64,000 nt of DNA from a virus. The stretch covers positions 29,142 to 93,141 of the IMG/VR virus record IMGVR_UViG_3300044691_000429; one strand, 5' to 3'. How positions within the stretch are numbered: the stretch's first letter is position 1; each line of letters starts with the position of its first letter. This document shows, in pieces, positions 26,245 to 34,898 of this stretch. A model generated the notes under the pieces. That model was given only the letters and a program-made list of their open reading frames with translations, was not told the DNA's origin and did no database searches. The position numbers and the translations under genes were made by a program.

Positions 26245-28682
26245 TCAGATCTCTTCGGCGGGGGCGCGTCCGGCTTCACGCTCGGGGCTGTCGTCGGTCG
26301 GCGTGGCCACGGTGGTCTCCTGGTCGTAGTCGTTGCGGGGGTAGAACGGCCGGTCGTGCTGCGGGCAGAGCAGGTGCGGGTCGTTGCAGGCGGCGACCGG
26401 ATGGCCGGTCACGTCGGCCGGTCGGCCTGGGCCCGCTCCATCGCCTCGCCCATGTCGGTGGCGCGCTCGTCGGGCTCGGGCACGGGCGGCGGGGGGACGG
26501 ACGCGGTGACCCGCCCGTTCGCGGCCAGGGCCTCGGCGGCTGCGGCGTGCTCGGAGGGGACGGTCACGGTCACCACCAGCCCTTCTTCTTCGGCTTGGGC
26601 GGGGTGGCGATGGCTTCGTGGCGGGCGGCTTCGGCCAGGTGGCGGGCGGCCAGGTCCTGGTGCCGTCGGCCCTTCTTCGAGGCGTCGGCTGCCTTCTCCG
26701 GGTCGGAGTAGTCCTTGCCCTCGCGGCCGTAGACGTCGACAACCATCTGCTGCCGCTCGGCCTCGTCGTGGTGCTTGCCTGCGGCTTCACGGGCACGCTG
26801 CGCGGCGGCACCGGCCTGGCGGCGGACGTACTCGGCTTCGGGGGACTCCATGTCGCGGAACTTGCGGCCCACGGTCACCACCCCCTCGTCTGTACGCCGC
26901 GCCGGTGCGCGGTCGGGTCGGTCAGGTCGGACGGGAGCGGCGGCAGGGTGACCGGCTTGGCGACGATCACGCGGGCGAGCGCCTCGTCCGCCTGGCTCCG
27001 CTGCTCGCGGGGCTCCGGGCGGGCGGTCACTTCGCACCCCCGACCGGGCAGACGTCGTCCGGGTTGGCGTGGGTGTGGTTGGCGCCGCTGCGGGCGGGCC
27101 GGGCGATCCACTGCTGCGGCCCGGCGACCGTGTCCGCCCAAGCGCGGGCCTCCGGCTCGCCGTTCGGCGGGGCACCGACCGGGAAGCCGACCAGCGTGTC
27201 GATCAGCCGGCCCCGGTAGCGGAGCTGCCACCCGTACACGACCCCGTGGAGCAGGCCCCACATCAGGGTCAGGTCCGCGTTCGGGCAGAACCACGCCGGG
27301 GTGAACGGGGCCGCGGGGGAGGGCGCCCGCTGATCGGCCCCGTCCGCGGCGTCCAGCTCGGCGCACTCCCGGTACAGGTCCAGGAACGAGGTGCCGTCGG
27401 GGGTCTGCATCGCGCCGAGAACCTGTTCGATCTCCGCGTCGGTGGCGGGCCGGCCCTCGGGGCTGTCGCCGTCGTGGATGGTCGAGATCACGACTGCCTC
27501 CCGTTCCGGTCGTCGCGGGCGACGATGACGTCCAGGCAGCCGTCGGGAAGGCCCACCACCCAGTCGAAGTCGGCGAGGGTGATGCCGTGACCGGCTGCGG
27601 CGGCGAGCATGTCCGTCAGCAGGGCGGTCGCTGCGGCGCGCTGCCCGTCGGTGGCCGGAGGGCCGTTGCGGTGCACGGCCGCGATACGGGCGGCGGGGTC
27701 CTGGGTCACGACTTCCTCCCGTGGGTGTGCGGCGCGGCGGTGATGGTCTCGGGGGTGTCCGTGTTGCGGCCGGCGTAATCGGCGGCCGCGGCCTCGACCG
27801 TCGCCGGCTCGGCGACGACCGTGGACGGCTGTGGCGGGGCGGGCGGCCGGTGGGTGGACTCGGTCACGACTGCCCCCGCAGCTGCTCGGCCTGCTGGCGG
27901 GCGGCTTCGGCGAGACGCGAGGCCTCGGCGGCATCCGCGATGTGCTGCTGCGCGATGGCGTCCGCGGCCTGCTGCTCGGCGATGGCGCTCATGCCGCACC
28001 GCCCGACTCGGTCTCAGCCGTCTCGTCCACGCGGGGCCCGGTCAGGCGCCCCGTGAAATCCAGGGCCGTGTACGCGGTGGCGCTGGTCGCGATCACGGCC
28101 AGAGTCACCGGAACACCGGGCTGGGCCGCCAGCACCGCAACCTGAGCCGTGGCGGCTGCCGTGGCCACCCAGCCCACCGTGCGGGCCAACGACGGGCGGT
28201 TCATGCCGCACCGCCCGGCGTCCGGCAGTCGCTGGCGTGGGCCTTGGCGTCGTCGCGGCAGTACGGCAGCACGCTGTAGCGCTGCTCGGCGTAGTGCCCG
28301 GCGGTGCACGTCCAGTCGTAGGGGATGCGGCTGCCCAGGATCGCCGTGACGGTGACCGTGGCACCGGACGGAGTCGGGTACGTCATGGGCCGACCGTCGG
28401 AGACAACGGGGACCGGCTCCGGCTGCGCCTTCATGCCGCCACCCACGCCTCGTACTCGGCGAGGCCCTGGCTGGTGGCGTCCCAGGCGGCCTCGATCTCC
28501 AGCCGCTGGACAGCGCTGGTCGCCCGCTCCAGCGCGGCCCGGCCCTTCGGCGACAGGTGCGAGGCCGACTCGTGGGCGGCCTGGTCGGCGGGGGACATCG
28601 GGACCGGCCGGTAGGACGCGGCGATACGGTCCGCGACGTGGGCGGGGAAGGTGGGCGGGGTGATCTTGCGGATACTCTGCAC
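26245..28682 (-). CDS. Chain of small translationally coupled ORFs: 26245-26412, 26409-26573, 26570-26878, 26875-27030, 27027-27491, 27488-27709, 27706-27867, 27864-27992, 27989-28204 (2 TM), 28201-28434 (Cys/His, mobile-element type), 28431-28682
   Basis: Consecutive 4-bp ATGA/GTGA overlaps; typical of Streptomyces mobile-element accessory operons. Confidence 0.6.
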
Positions 28683-28720
28683 TTCGGCTCCCGTTGGGCT
28701 TAGCGGCTTCGGGTGGTCAT

Positions 28721-28758
28721 GGCCCCGGTCGGCGTTCGCAGCGCCGGTCGGGGTTTTT
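28721..28758 (+). terminator. Hairpin plus T-tract oriented on the + strand
   Basis: 16-bp stem with several G-U pairs valid only in the + RNA, followed by TTTTT. Confidence 0.55.
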
Positions 28759-28762
28759 GCTG

Positions 28763-29008
28763 TTAGGCGGCGTCGTCGGCGGAAATCTGCGACGCCCGGA
28801 GGAACTCGGCCACGGCCGACTCGGGGATGCGCAGTCCGCGCTTCCGCAGTCGCCCTTCGCCGATCCGGTGGGCGCGGATGCGCCCGGAGTCGGCGAGGCG
28901 GTACACGGTGGACACGTGGACGTCGAGGCGGTCCGCGACCTGCTGCGCCCGCAGCAACGGCTCAGCAGTGGCGGGGGCCGTAGTCGGGGCAGTCGGGTCG
29001 TGGCACAC
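28763..29008 (-). CDS. Excisionase-like HTH protein (first gene of the tra operon)
   Basis: LLRAQQVADRLDVHVSTVYRL..SGRI.A.RIG...RIPESAV; AGGAG RBS. Confidence 0.85.
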   Translation of the reverse strand: MCHDPTAPTTAPATAEPLLRAQQVADRLDVHVSTVYRLADSGRIRAHRIGEGRLRKRGLRIPESAVAEFLRASQISADDAA

Positions 29009-29045
29009 GGAATCTCCTAGGGCATGGGCAGCGGGGCGCACATCT

Positions 29046-29102
29046 TCTTCGAAGAGGCACCTCTTCAGTGAAGCTGAGTTCTTCGAAGAAGGCAAGCTCT
29101 TC
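29046..29102. promoter_or_regulatory. Operator cluster upstream of the tra operon
   Basis: Palindromes TCTTCGAAGA (29046-29055) and TTCTTCGAAGAA (29079-29090), plus half-sites. Confidence 0.7.
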
Positions 29103-29134
29103 TAGCTCGCACAGCAGCAGGCCGCGTCGGACAC

Positions 29135-29170
29135 GCAAAGAAGCCCCCCGCTGCCGAAGCAGCGAGGGGC
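29135..29170 (-). terminator. Intrinsic terminator of the GntR gene
   Basis: Minus strand GCCCCTCGCTGC-TTCG-GCAGCGGGGGGC followed by TTCTTT; C(UUCG)G tetraloop. Confidence 0.8.
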
Positions 29171-29185
29171 GGAGGACTTCGCAGG

Positions 29186-29935
29186 TCAGGAGGAGAAGAC
29201 GTACTCCAAGATGTAGTTGGACCCGTCGAGCGTCATCTCATTGACTTCTACGAGGCGGTCATTCTGGTCCGCCGCGATGCGGATGATCTGGAAGACGGGA
29301 GTGCCAGGGCCCAAACTGAGATCGGCCGCCTCCTGGGGGGTGGGCATCCTAGTCCTCACCTCCTCCTTGAACCGCGTGGGCGCATGGCCACTCTCGGCGA
29401 GTCGGGCGTACATACCGCCGGGGCCAGTGTCCTGCTGAGTGATGGCCGTGCCAGCCGCCAAGCTCATTGGCACATACGAGACGGCGGTCTGAATGAGCCG
29501 CTCCTCCACATAGAAGCGCCGGCTCCGGCGGCACATGCGCTCGTCAGACTCCAGGAGTTGAGCCACGTGATCGGGCGCATCGACCTCGTTGACGTCCACC
29601 TCGACGCGACGCGGGCGGTCCTCCAGGTCAACGTCCCAGATCGACCGCCCGGCATGCCACACCTCCGAAGAGAGGCGCTGCACTGCGGGCCGTCTGATTG
29701 GGCGGAAGGCGCGGACGGTGACGCCGACCCCCTGCCTGCTCTCAACGAGGCCTTCTGCGCGAAGGGCGTCCAGGGCCTGCCGCACGGTGGACCGAGCGGC
29801 CGCATGCCGCTCCATGAGGCCGTTCTCGCCTTCGATCTTCGACCCCGGCGCCAGCTCGCCGCCGAGGATCTTCGCGCGCAGCTCGTCCGCGATCTCCTGA
29901 TGGCGGCGCGGCCCGCGCTCGGGCTTGCTGGGCAA
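29186..29935 (-). CDS. GntR (HutC/UTRA subfamily) repressor, KorSA/Kor-like
   Basis: IADELR.KI..G...PG....E..L......RSTVRQAL..L..EGLV...QG.G wHTH plus UTRA-like C-terminus; TTG start after GGAGGA. Confidence 0.92.
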   Translation of the reverse strand: MPSKPERGPRRHQEIADELRAKILGGELAPGSKIEGENGLMERHAAARSTVRQALDALRAEGLVESRQGVGVTVRAFRPIRRPAVQRLSSEVWHAGRSIWDVDLEDRPRRVEVDVNEVDAPDHVAQLLESDERMCRRSRRFYVEERLIQTAVSYVPMSLAAGTAITQQDTGPGGMYARLAESGHAPTRFKEEVRTRMPTPQEAADLSLGPGTPVFQIIRIAADQNDRLVEVNEMTLDGSNYILEYVFSS

Positions 29936-30013
29936 GGCATTCCTCCTAGATCGGCTTCTTCAGAGATGTTAGCTACCGACCGGTTGACGTGCGAACTCTG
30001 CGAATCCCTTGCG

Positions 30014-30027
30014 GTTCTTCGAAGAAG
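30014..30027. promoter_or_regulatory. Operator copy between GntR and the GIY-YIG gene
   Basis: GTTCTTCGAAGAAG, identical to 29078-29091. Confidence 0.7.
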
Positions 30028-30100
30028 TGGTCAGAATCAATGCTACGCAACGCCGCTTCACGAACGGAAGTGGCCACCCTGCGTAGCCGAGGGGATACGT

Positions 30101-30661
30101 ATGCCCGATGAGGGGCGCACCGCGCTCTACCGCCTCTACGACGCCGACGAACGCCTGCTGTACGTCGGGATCACCGCCGACCCCGAGTACCGCTGGACGC
30201 AGCACGCGAAGGACAAGGAGTGGTGGCCGTCCGTAGCAAGAAAGAGCGTCGAGTGGTTCGAGGCGCGAGGGAGGGCCGCCAGCGCGGAAATCTCCACGAT
30301 CCGCCAGGAACTCCCGCAGTACAACCGACAGCACGCCTCCTGGCCGGTCGATGACGCACTGCGACACCAGGTGCGGACGATCGGGGTCCTGGAGCTTGCG
30401 AACAACCTCCCCGCCATCATCGGCCACGTTCTAGTGACGGGAGCGCCGGTCCGCGTGACGCGGCACTGGAAACCGACCGTCGTGATCATCCCGCACTGGG
30501 CCGCCGACGAATCCGTTGTCCCGCCCTCGAAGCAAGGCGCCTTGGCTGAAATCCCGATCGAGAAGCCACGGGTTGCGGCGGAAGTACTTCACCAGCGCAT
30601 GAGCAAGAAGGACTTGGTCACCCTGACTCAGGCACTCGTGGCGCTGGTCGCCAAGGGCTGA
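30101..30661 (+). CDS. GIY-YIG nuclease fused to a Phd/YefM-like domain
   Basis: ALYRLYD....LLYVGIT....RW..H, E...I....P.YN; then TIGVLELANNL..II..V...G.PV.VTRH.KP.VVIIP. Confidence 0.8.
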   Translation: MPDEGRTALYRLYDADERLLYVGITADPEYRWTQHAKDKEWWPSVARKSVEWFEARGRAASAEISTIRQELPQYNRQHASWPVDDALRHQVRTIGVLELANNLPAIIGHVLVTGAPVRVTRHWKPTVVIIPHWAADESVVPPSKQGALAEIPIEKPRVAAEVLHQRMSKKDLVTLTQALVALVAKG

Positions 30662-30840
30662 GCCGCAACTGGACACGCCGACCGGCCTCGCACCAAGACC
30701 TACGACGACGCCACCGCAGCCTTCTGCCGCTTCCACTGAGCAGCAGAAAGGCCGACCGGGTTGGAGCCCGGCCGGCCAGGTGACCAGCGGTACCAGCCGC
30801 TGATCGTGAACCATCCCCCGCGAAGAGAACGGATTCGTCA

Positions 30841-31362
30841 ATGAGCTTATCGCCCCGGCCTGCCCCCGCCCACGCGTCGGAAGGCGCTGTGCCCACCGTC
30901 ACGCCCCGCCCCCAGCGTCGCCGGGCGGTGTGCGCCGGCTGCCAGGTCCACCAGTACGTGCGTCGGGACGGGCTGGTGTGCAAGCACCGGTCGCGGGCGA
31001 CGAACGGGCGGTGCGCGGGCAGTGAGACGGTTCCGATCCCCGTGCCCACACCGAACTACAACCTGTCGCCTGAGCACCGGCACGACGGCAAGCTCCTGGA
31101 CCGGTGGGATTTCCTCTCGATGCCGCTGATCGTCCTGCAACAGGTGACCCGCGCGCACCCCTGCGAGATCGCGGCCCCGGACTTGGGTTTCCGCGGGTCC
31201 ATCCGCGCCGTGCGGGGCGACTACTGGGTCAACTGGGTGCTGTCCATGCCGATCGGCATGGACCCGATGGAACGCGACCTGACGGCCCGTGGCCTGCTTG
31301 CTGCGGCCCACGGGATCGACGTCAGTGACTGGCCGATCGAGATGGAGATTCGGCCAGCCTGA
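30841..31362 (+). CDS. Hypothetical protein with N-terminal zinc ribbon
   Basis: CAGC.....RRDGLV.KH.......CAGS; start uncertain (ATG 30841 or GTG 30889). Confidence 0.6.
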   Translation: MSLSPRPAPAHASEGAVPTVTPRPQRRRAVCAGCQVHQYVRRDGLVCKHRSRATNGRCAGSETVPIPVPTPNYNLSPEHRHDGKLLDRWDFLSMPLIVLQQVTRAHPCEIAAPDLGFRGSIRAVRGDYWVNWVLSMPIGMDPMERDLTARGLLAAAHGIDVSDWPIEMEIRPA

Positions 31363-31369
31363 ACACCCC

Positions 31370-31401
31370 ACGGCCGGGCGGTCCAAATCCCGCCCGGCCG
31401 T
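31370..31401 (+). terminator. Hairpin after the CDS
   Basis: ACGGCCGGGCGG / CCGCCCGGCCGT. Confidence 0.6.
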
Positions 31402-31443
31402 TCTACAGATGGACCTACCGACCCCGATCAGGAAGGCGCTTCC

Positions 31444-31752
31444 GTGGGCGTACAAGACGGACCGGACCCGCAGGCGACACCGCCAGACGATGACGACGAC
31501 TTCCCGTGGGATGCCCCGATCCACGTCGTCCGCTCAACACCGCAGAACGACTTGCCTGCCGAGTGGGCGCAGGATCGGACGCTGAGCCTGGGCGCCCGGG
31601 GCCTGCTCGCCGAGATCATGGCGCACGGCGGCGAGTGGGACATCGACGCGGAAGGGCTGGCCGAACTGAGGCCGACCGAAGACGTTGACGCCATCCGCGG
31701 CTACATCGCCGAGTTGGAGCGGGCCGGCTACCTGGACCCGTCAGGCGACTAG
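31444..31752 (+). CDS. Short winged-helix protein (initiator-type N-domain only)
   Basis: LSLGARGLL...........L......DAIR..IAELERAGYL. Confidence 0.7.
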   Translation: MGVQDGPDPQATPPDDDDDFPWDAPIHVVRSTPQNDLPAEWAQDRTLSLGARGLLAEIMAHGGEWDIDAEGLAELRPTEDVDAIRGYIAELERAGYLDPSGD

Positions 31753-31920
31753 CCGGACATAGCAACGGCCGGAGGGATATGGAGTCCCGCCCGGCCGTCG
31801 GCGAACCAGCAGGCAGCCACCCGCTCGGTTCGGACACAACGCATCGCCCTGCAAGAGAGAAGGTTGCTCGTTGAAGGTACAAGGCTGCGCCCGATGCTGC
31901 CAGCAGGCGGGGGGTCTCCG

Positions 31921-32715
31921 GTGAGGACGTTTCGCATGATGCCGCCGGAGGGCTGGGTGCCGACGGCAAACGTGACAGCTCAGAACTCTCGGTTGAGCTG
32001 GCGGGCGAAGGGGCTGCTCCTCGACCTGCTCAGCTACCCGGACGGTTACAACGTCACGTTCGACTCGCTGATGAAGGAAGCGAAGCGGGCTGGCGACCCG
32101 GACGTTGAGGGCCGGGACGCGATGCGCAAGGCGATGCAGGAGCTGGAGCGCAAGGGCTACCTCGCTCATCGCCGGGTCGCAGTGATGGATCCGGCGCCCG
32201 GAGCGCAGAAGTGGCGCACAGAGACCGCGATCTCGGATCTGCCCATCTTCGCAGGTCGGCCCGGAACTACGGGTTCCCAGTACCACCAGGATTCAGTACC
32301 TCCAGACTTCAGTACTTCCAGTGATCAGGAGGTCTTTAACAACACGGGGTTTAACAAGAAGAACCAGCAGCAAGATGAAGCGGGCAAATCCTCCTCCGCA
32401 CTCGCTGCCGCTCGTGCGGGCCAGGGAGCCAGCGCGCAAAAGCTGCGGCCGGACATGCAGGGCTGGTACGACGCGGCGGACAAGCTCTCCGATGACCGAC
32501 TGCGGCGCCACCTGCTCGCGTTCGAGCGGAAGCGCCCGCAGATCTACCGCGAGTGCCGTCAGTCGGCGCTCGTCCAGATCGGCGGGAAGCCGGGCGGCAA
32601 GGAGTTGATGGCCGGCCGGGACGGCGTTCGCGTGATCGACATGCTCAGCTTCAAGTACGCCCTGCTGCACTACGTGGACCGCATGCCGGACTGGCTGATC
32701 AAGCTGCCGCGCTAG
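31921..32715 (+). CDS. Replication initiator-like winged-helix protein
   Basis: LSWRAKGLL..LLS.PDG.......EGRDAMRKAMQELE.KGYL; internal iterons and AT-rich tract. Confidence 0.7.
   Translation: MRTFRMMPPEGWVPTANVTAQNSRLSWRAKGLLLDLLSYPDGYNVTFDSLMKEAKRAGDPDVEGRDAMRKAMQELERKGYLAHRRVAVMDPAPGAQKWRTETAISDLPIFAGRPGTTGSQYHQDSVPPDFSTSSDQEVFNNTGFNKKNQQQDEAGKSSSALAAARAGQGASAQKLRPDMQGWYDAADKLSDDRLRRHLLAFERKRPQIYRECRQSALVQIGGKPGGKELMAGRDGVRVIDMLSFKYALLHYVDRMPDWLIKLPR
32278..32357 (+). repeat. Iteron-like repeats plus AT-rich repeats (candidate ori 2)
   Basis: CAGTACYWCCAG at 32278, 32294, 32310 (16-bp period); TTTAACAA at 32335 and 32350. Confidence 0.65.
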
Positions 32716-32738
32716 CCACCGAACGAGAGGTGACGACC

Positions 32739-33614
32739 ATGACCGACATACGACCCCAAGACCTGCCCGAGCTGCGGGCCGGCCTTGTCGAGTCGCGCCA
32801 AACTGGAAGCCCGTCCCGACTGCCTGTCTACCAAGCATGCGGACTCACTGAGAACGATGTTGACCAAGCAAGAGCCGAAGCTCTTTCTGTCGCAGATCTG
32901 TTCTATGTCGCGCCAGCCATGGGCGAGCTGGCGTCCATAGCAAGGCTGACCCTCCCTCCCACTCCTCTCGCCTCGCAGGACATGCCCAGCACGTGCGGGC
33001 TTCTGTTCTTCGACCAACCGCCGGAGACGCTGACGTTCGGCGGCGTAGATGGAGCAACGGTCATCGCTGGGGCGTTGTGGAACGTTGTCGTCGGAGCGAA
33101 GGGGCAGAGCTACGCTCTCCTCTTTGGAATCGTGGATCTACACGCTTCCACGCGTCGCAGGGGAGGCGAGCCTCGCCCCGGACTGGCGCGGTTTGCCTAT
33201 CGGCGGACAGCGATCCCGGTCGCGATGGGCAACGAGGAACCGCCCCTCCCTTATGCAAATAGCCATACGTCGGGGGTCGTAGAAATCGTGCGAACTGCAT
33301 GGTTGCTGATGCAGCAGCCGCTTGCCGCCCTCTCGGTGACCGAGCCCGATCGCGCAGCAAAGAAGCGCCTGCGCCGTGCTGGCCAGGAGCCGAAGTCGGT
33401 TCGCGTGATCGAACTGCGCCGCCCGAAGTCCTCTGGCGAGCAGGGCGACGGCGAGTCGAACTACCACCACCAGTGGATCGTGCGCGGGCACTGGCGGAAT
33501 CATTGGCACCCGAAGCGCGAAGTTCACCGCCCCGTCTGGATCGCACCGCACGTCAAGGGCCCGGAAGGGGCGCCGATGATCGGCGGCGAGAAGGTCTACG
33601 CCTGGAAGCGGTGA
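32739..33614 (+). CDS. Conserved phage protein with C-terminal VRGHWR motif
   Basis: WIVRGHWR.......HRPVWIAPHVKGPEGAP. Confidence 0.75.
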   Translation: MTDIRPQDLPELRAGLVESRQTGSPSRLPVYQACGLTENDVDQARAEALSVADLFYVAPAMGELASIARLTLPPTPLASQDMPSTCGLLFFDQPPETLTFGGVDGATVIAGALWNVVVGAKGQSYALLFGIVDLHASTRRRGGEPRPGLARFAYRRTAIPVAMGNEEPPLPYANSHTSGVVEIVRTAWLLMQQPLAALSVTEPDRAAKKRLRRAGQEPKSVRVIELRRPKSSGEQGDGESNYHHQWIVRGHWRNHWHPKREVHRPVWIAPHVKGPEGAPMIGGEKVYAWKR

Positions 33615-33712
33615 GCGCGAGGGGCTGGCCGACGGCTGACCCACCCTGTCCGGTTCCCCCCTCGCCGCGCCCGCCCCGGTGCGGCAGGCTGTCCCCGACC
33701 GAGGGGGTTGGA

Positions 33713-34042
33713 GTGTTCTGTCCGAGCAAGGACTGCGGGTCAACGAACGTGGAGCTGCTGTCGCACTACTGGTCGGGCTTGTCGCCCGATTCGCCGTCGT
33801 CGCGGCGGTACGCCCCGCCGGCCGAGCCCGAGACCCGCAACCGCCTGCTCCTCGCGGCCCTGGCGGTCGCCGGCCTGGTGCTGGCGGTGACGGGCCAGGT
33901 CGCGGTGGGCCTGGTGGCGCTGGCCGTGGGTGCGGTCGGCGCCGTCGTGGCGCACGGGCGGATCGAGGCGGTCGAGGCGGCGCGGGCTGTGTGGGAGCGG
34001 CGGAGGATATGCCTGGCGTGCACGCATCTTTGGGAGGCGTAG
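33713..34042 (+). CDS. Two-TM membrane protein with split zinc ribbon
   Basis: CP...C at the N-terminus, CLAC at the C-terminus, hydrophobic hairpin between. Confidence 0.65.
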   Translation: MFCPSKDCGSTNVELLSHYWSGLSPDSPSSRRYAPPAEPETRNRLLLAALAVAGLVLAVTGQVAVGLVALAVGAVGAVVAHGRIEAVEAARAVWERRRICLACTHLWEA

Positions 34043-34191
34043 GCGCCGACCCCGACCCGCCCTCGGCGCTTCGGCCCGGGGGGCTTCGTCAAGCCCGCCG
34101 TGACACCGGTCACGCCATCTGACCTGCGGTGATGCGGCGTCAACTCGGGTGCGGGGATGGCGGTTGGGGGGCGGATGCGAGACAATCAGGT

Positions 34192-34518
34192 ATGACAAAC
34201 CAGGAGGAAGCGACCGACAAGCCCGCGCTGCCGAGCCGCATGTTCGACCCGTTCCCGCGCATCGCCGTCGACACCGGCGACGGCAGCCCGTTCCGTCATC
34301 TCCTCGGGCTGGCCATCAGTGCCGCTCACGGCTGGACGTTCGGCCCCGACGGTCCGTACAAGTCGCCGGGGCAGACCGGGGCGGAGGTCACCCGGATGGA
34401 GGTCTCCGAGGCGCTGCTGCACCTGCTGGAGCTGGGGTTCATCGACATCGACACGGAGCGGATGAAGTCTGCCCCCGGGTGGCCCATGAAGCGCGAGACC
34501 GGGGAGGAGGCATCATGA
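34192..34518 (+). CDS. Hypothetical protein
   Basis: ORF coupled to the next gene; possibly leaderless. Confidence 0.6.
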   Translation: MTNQEEATDKPALPSRMFDPFPRIAVDTGDGSPFRHLLGLAISAAHGWTFGPDGPYKSPGQTGAEVTRMEVSEALLHLLELGFIDIDTERMKSAPGWPMKRETGEEAS

Positions 34519-34898
34519 CCGCAAACCACACCACCGCCGGCGCGATCGGCGTCGGGATGCCCGGGATGCTGCACCTGGAAGCGTTCGGCCGGGAGATCCG
34601 CGATGCGTTCGGACACTTCCCGTATCTCGTGGGCAGCGCCGCCGTCAGCAAGGAGTGGCGGGACGTGGACGTGCGGCTGATGCTGCCCGACGACACCTTC
34701 GATGACATGTTCCCCAAACACCGCAAGCCGGACCGACAGGACGGCAAGTGGGGGCTGCTGTGCGCCGCCCTGTCCGAACTCGCCCGCGTCCGCACCGGGC
34801 TCCCGGTGGACTTCCAGATCCAGCGCACCAGCTGGGCGAACGATCGCTACGACGGGCCCCGCCACGCCCTCGGGCTTCACGACAGGAACGGCCAGTGA
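34515..34898 (+). CDS. Minimal Pol-beta-superfamily nucleotidyltransferase-like protein
   Basis: YLVGS......RDVDV...LPVDFQ (GS, DxD, third D). Confidence 0.7.
   Translation: MTANHTTAGAIGVGMPGMLHLEAFGREIRDAFGHFPYLVGSAAVSKEWRDVDVRLMLPDDTFDDMFPKHRKPDRQDGKWGLLCAALSELARVRTGLPVDFQIQRTSWANDRYDGPRHALGLHDRNGQ

Noticed and set aside
29464-29940. ATG 29940 ORF or frameshift at the GntR start
   Set aside because: The ATG abuts the RBS and is out of frame; the in-frame TTG at 29935 is correctly spaced from GGAGGA.
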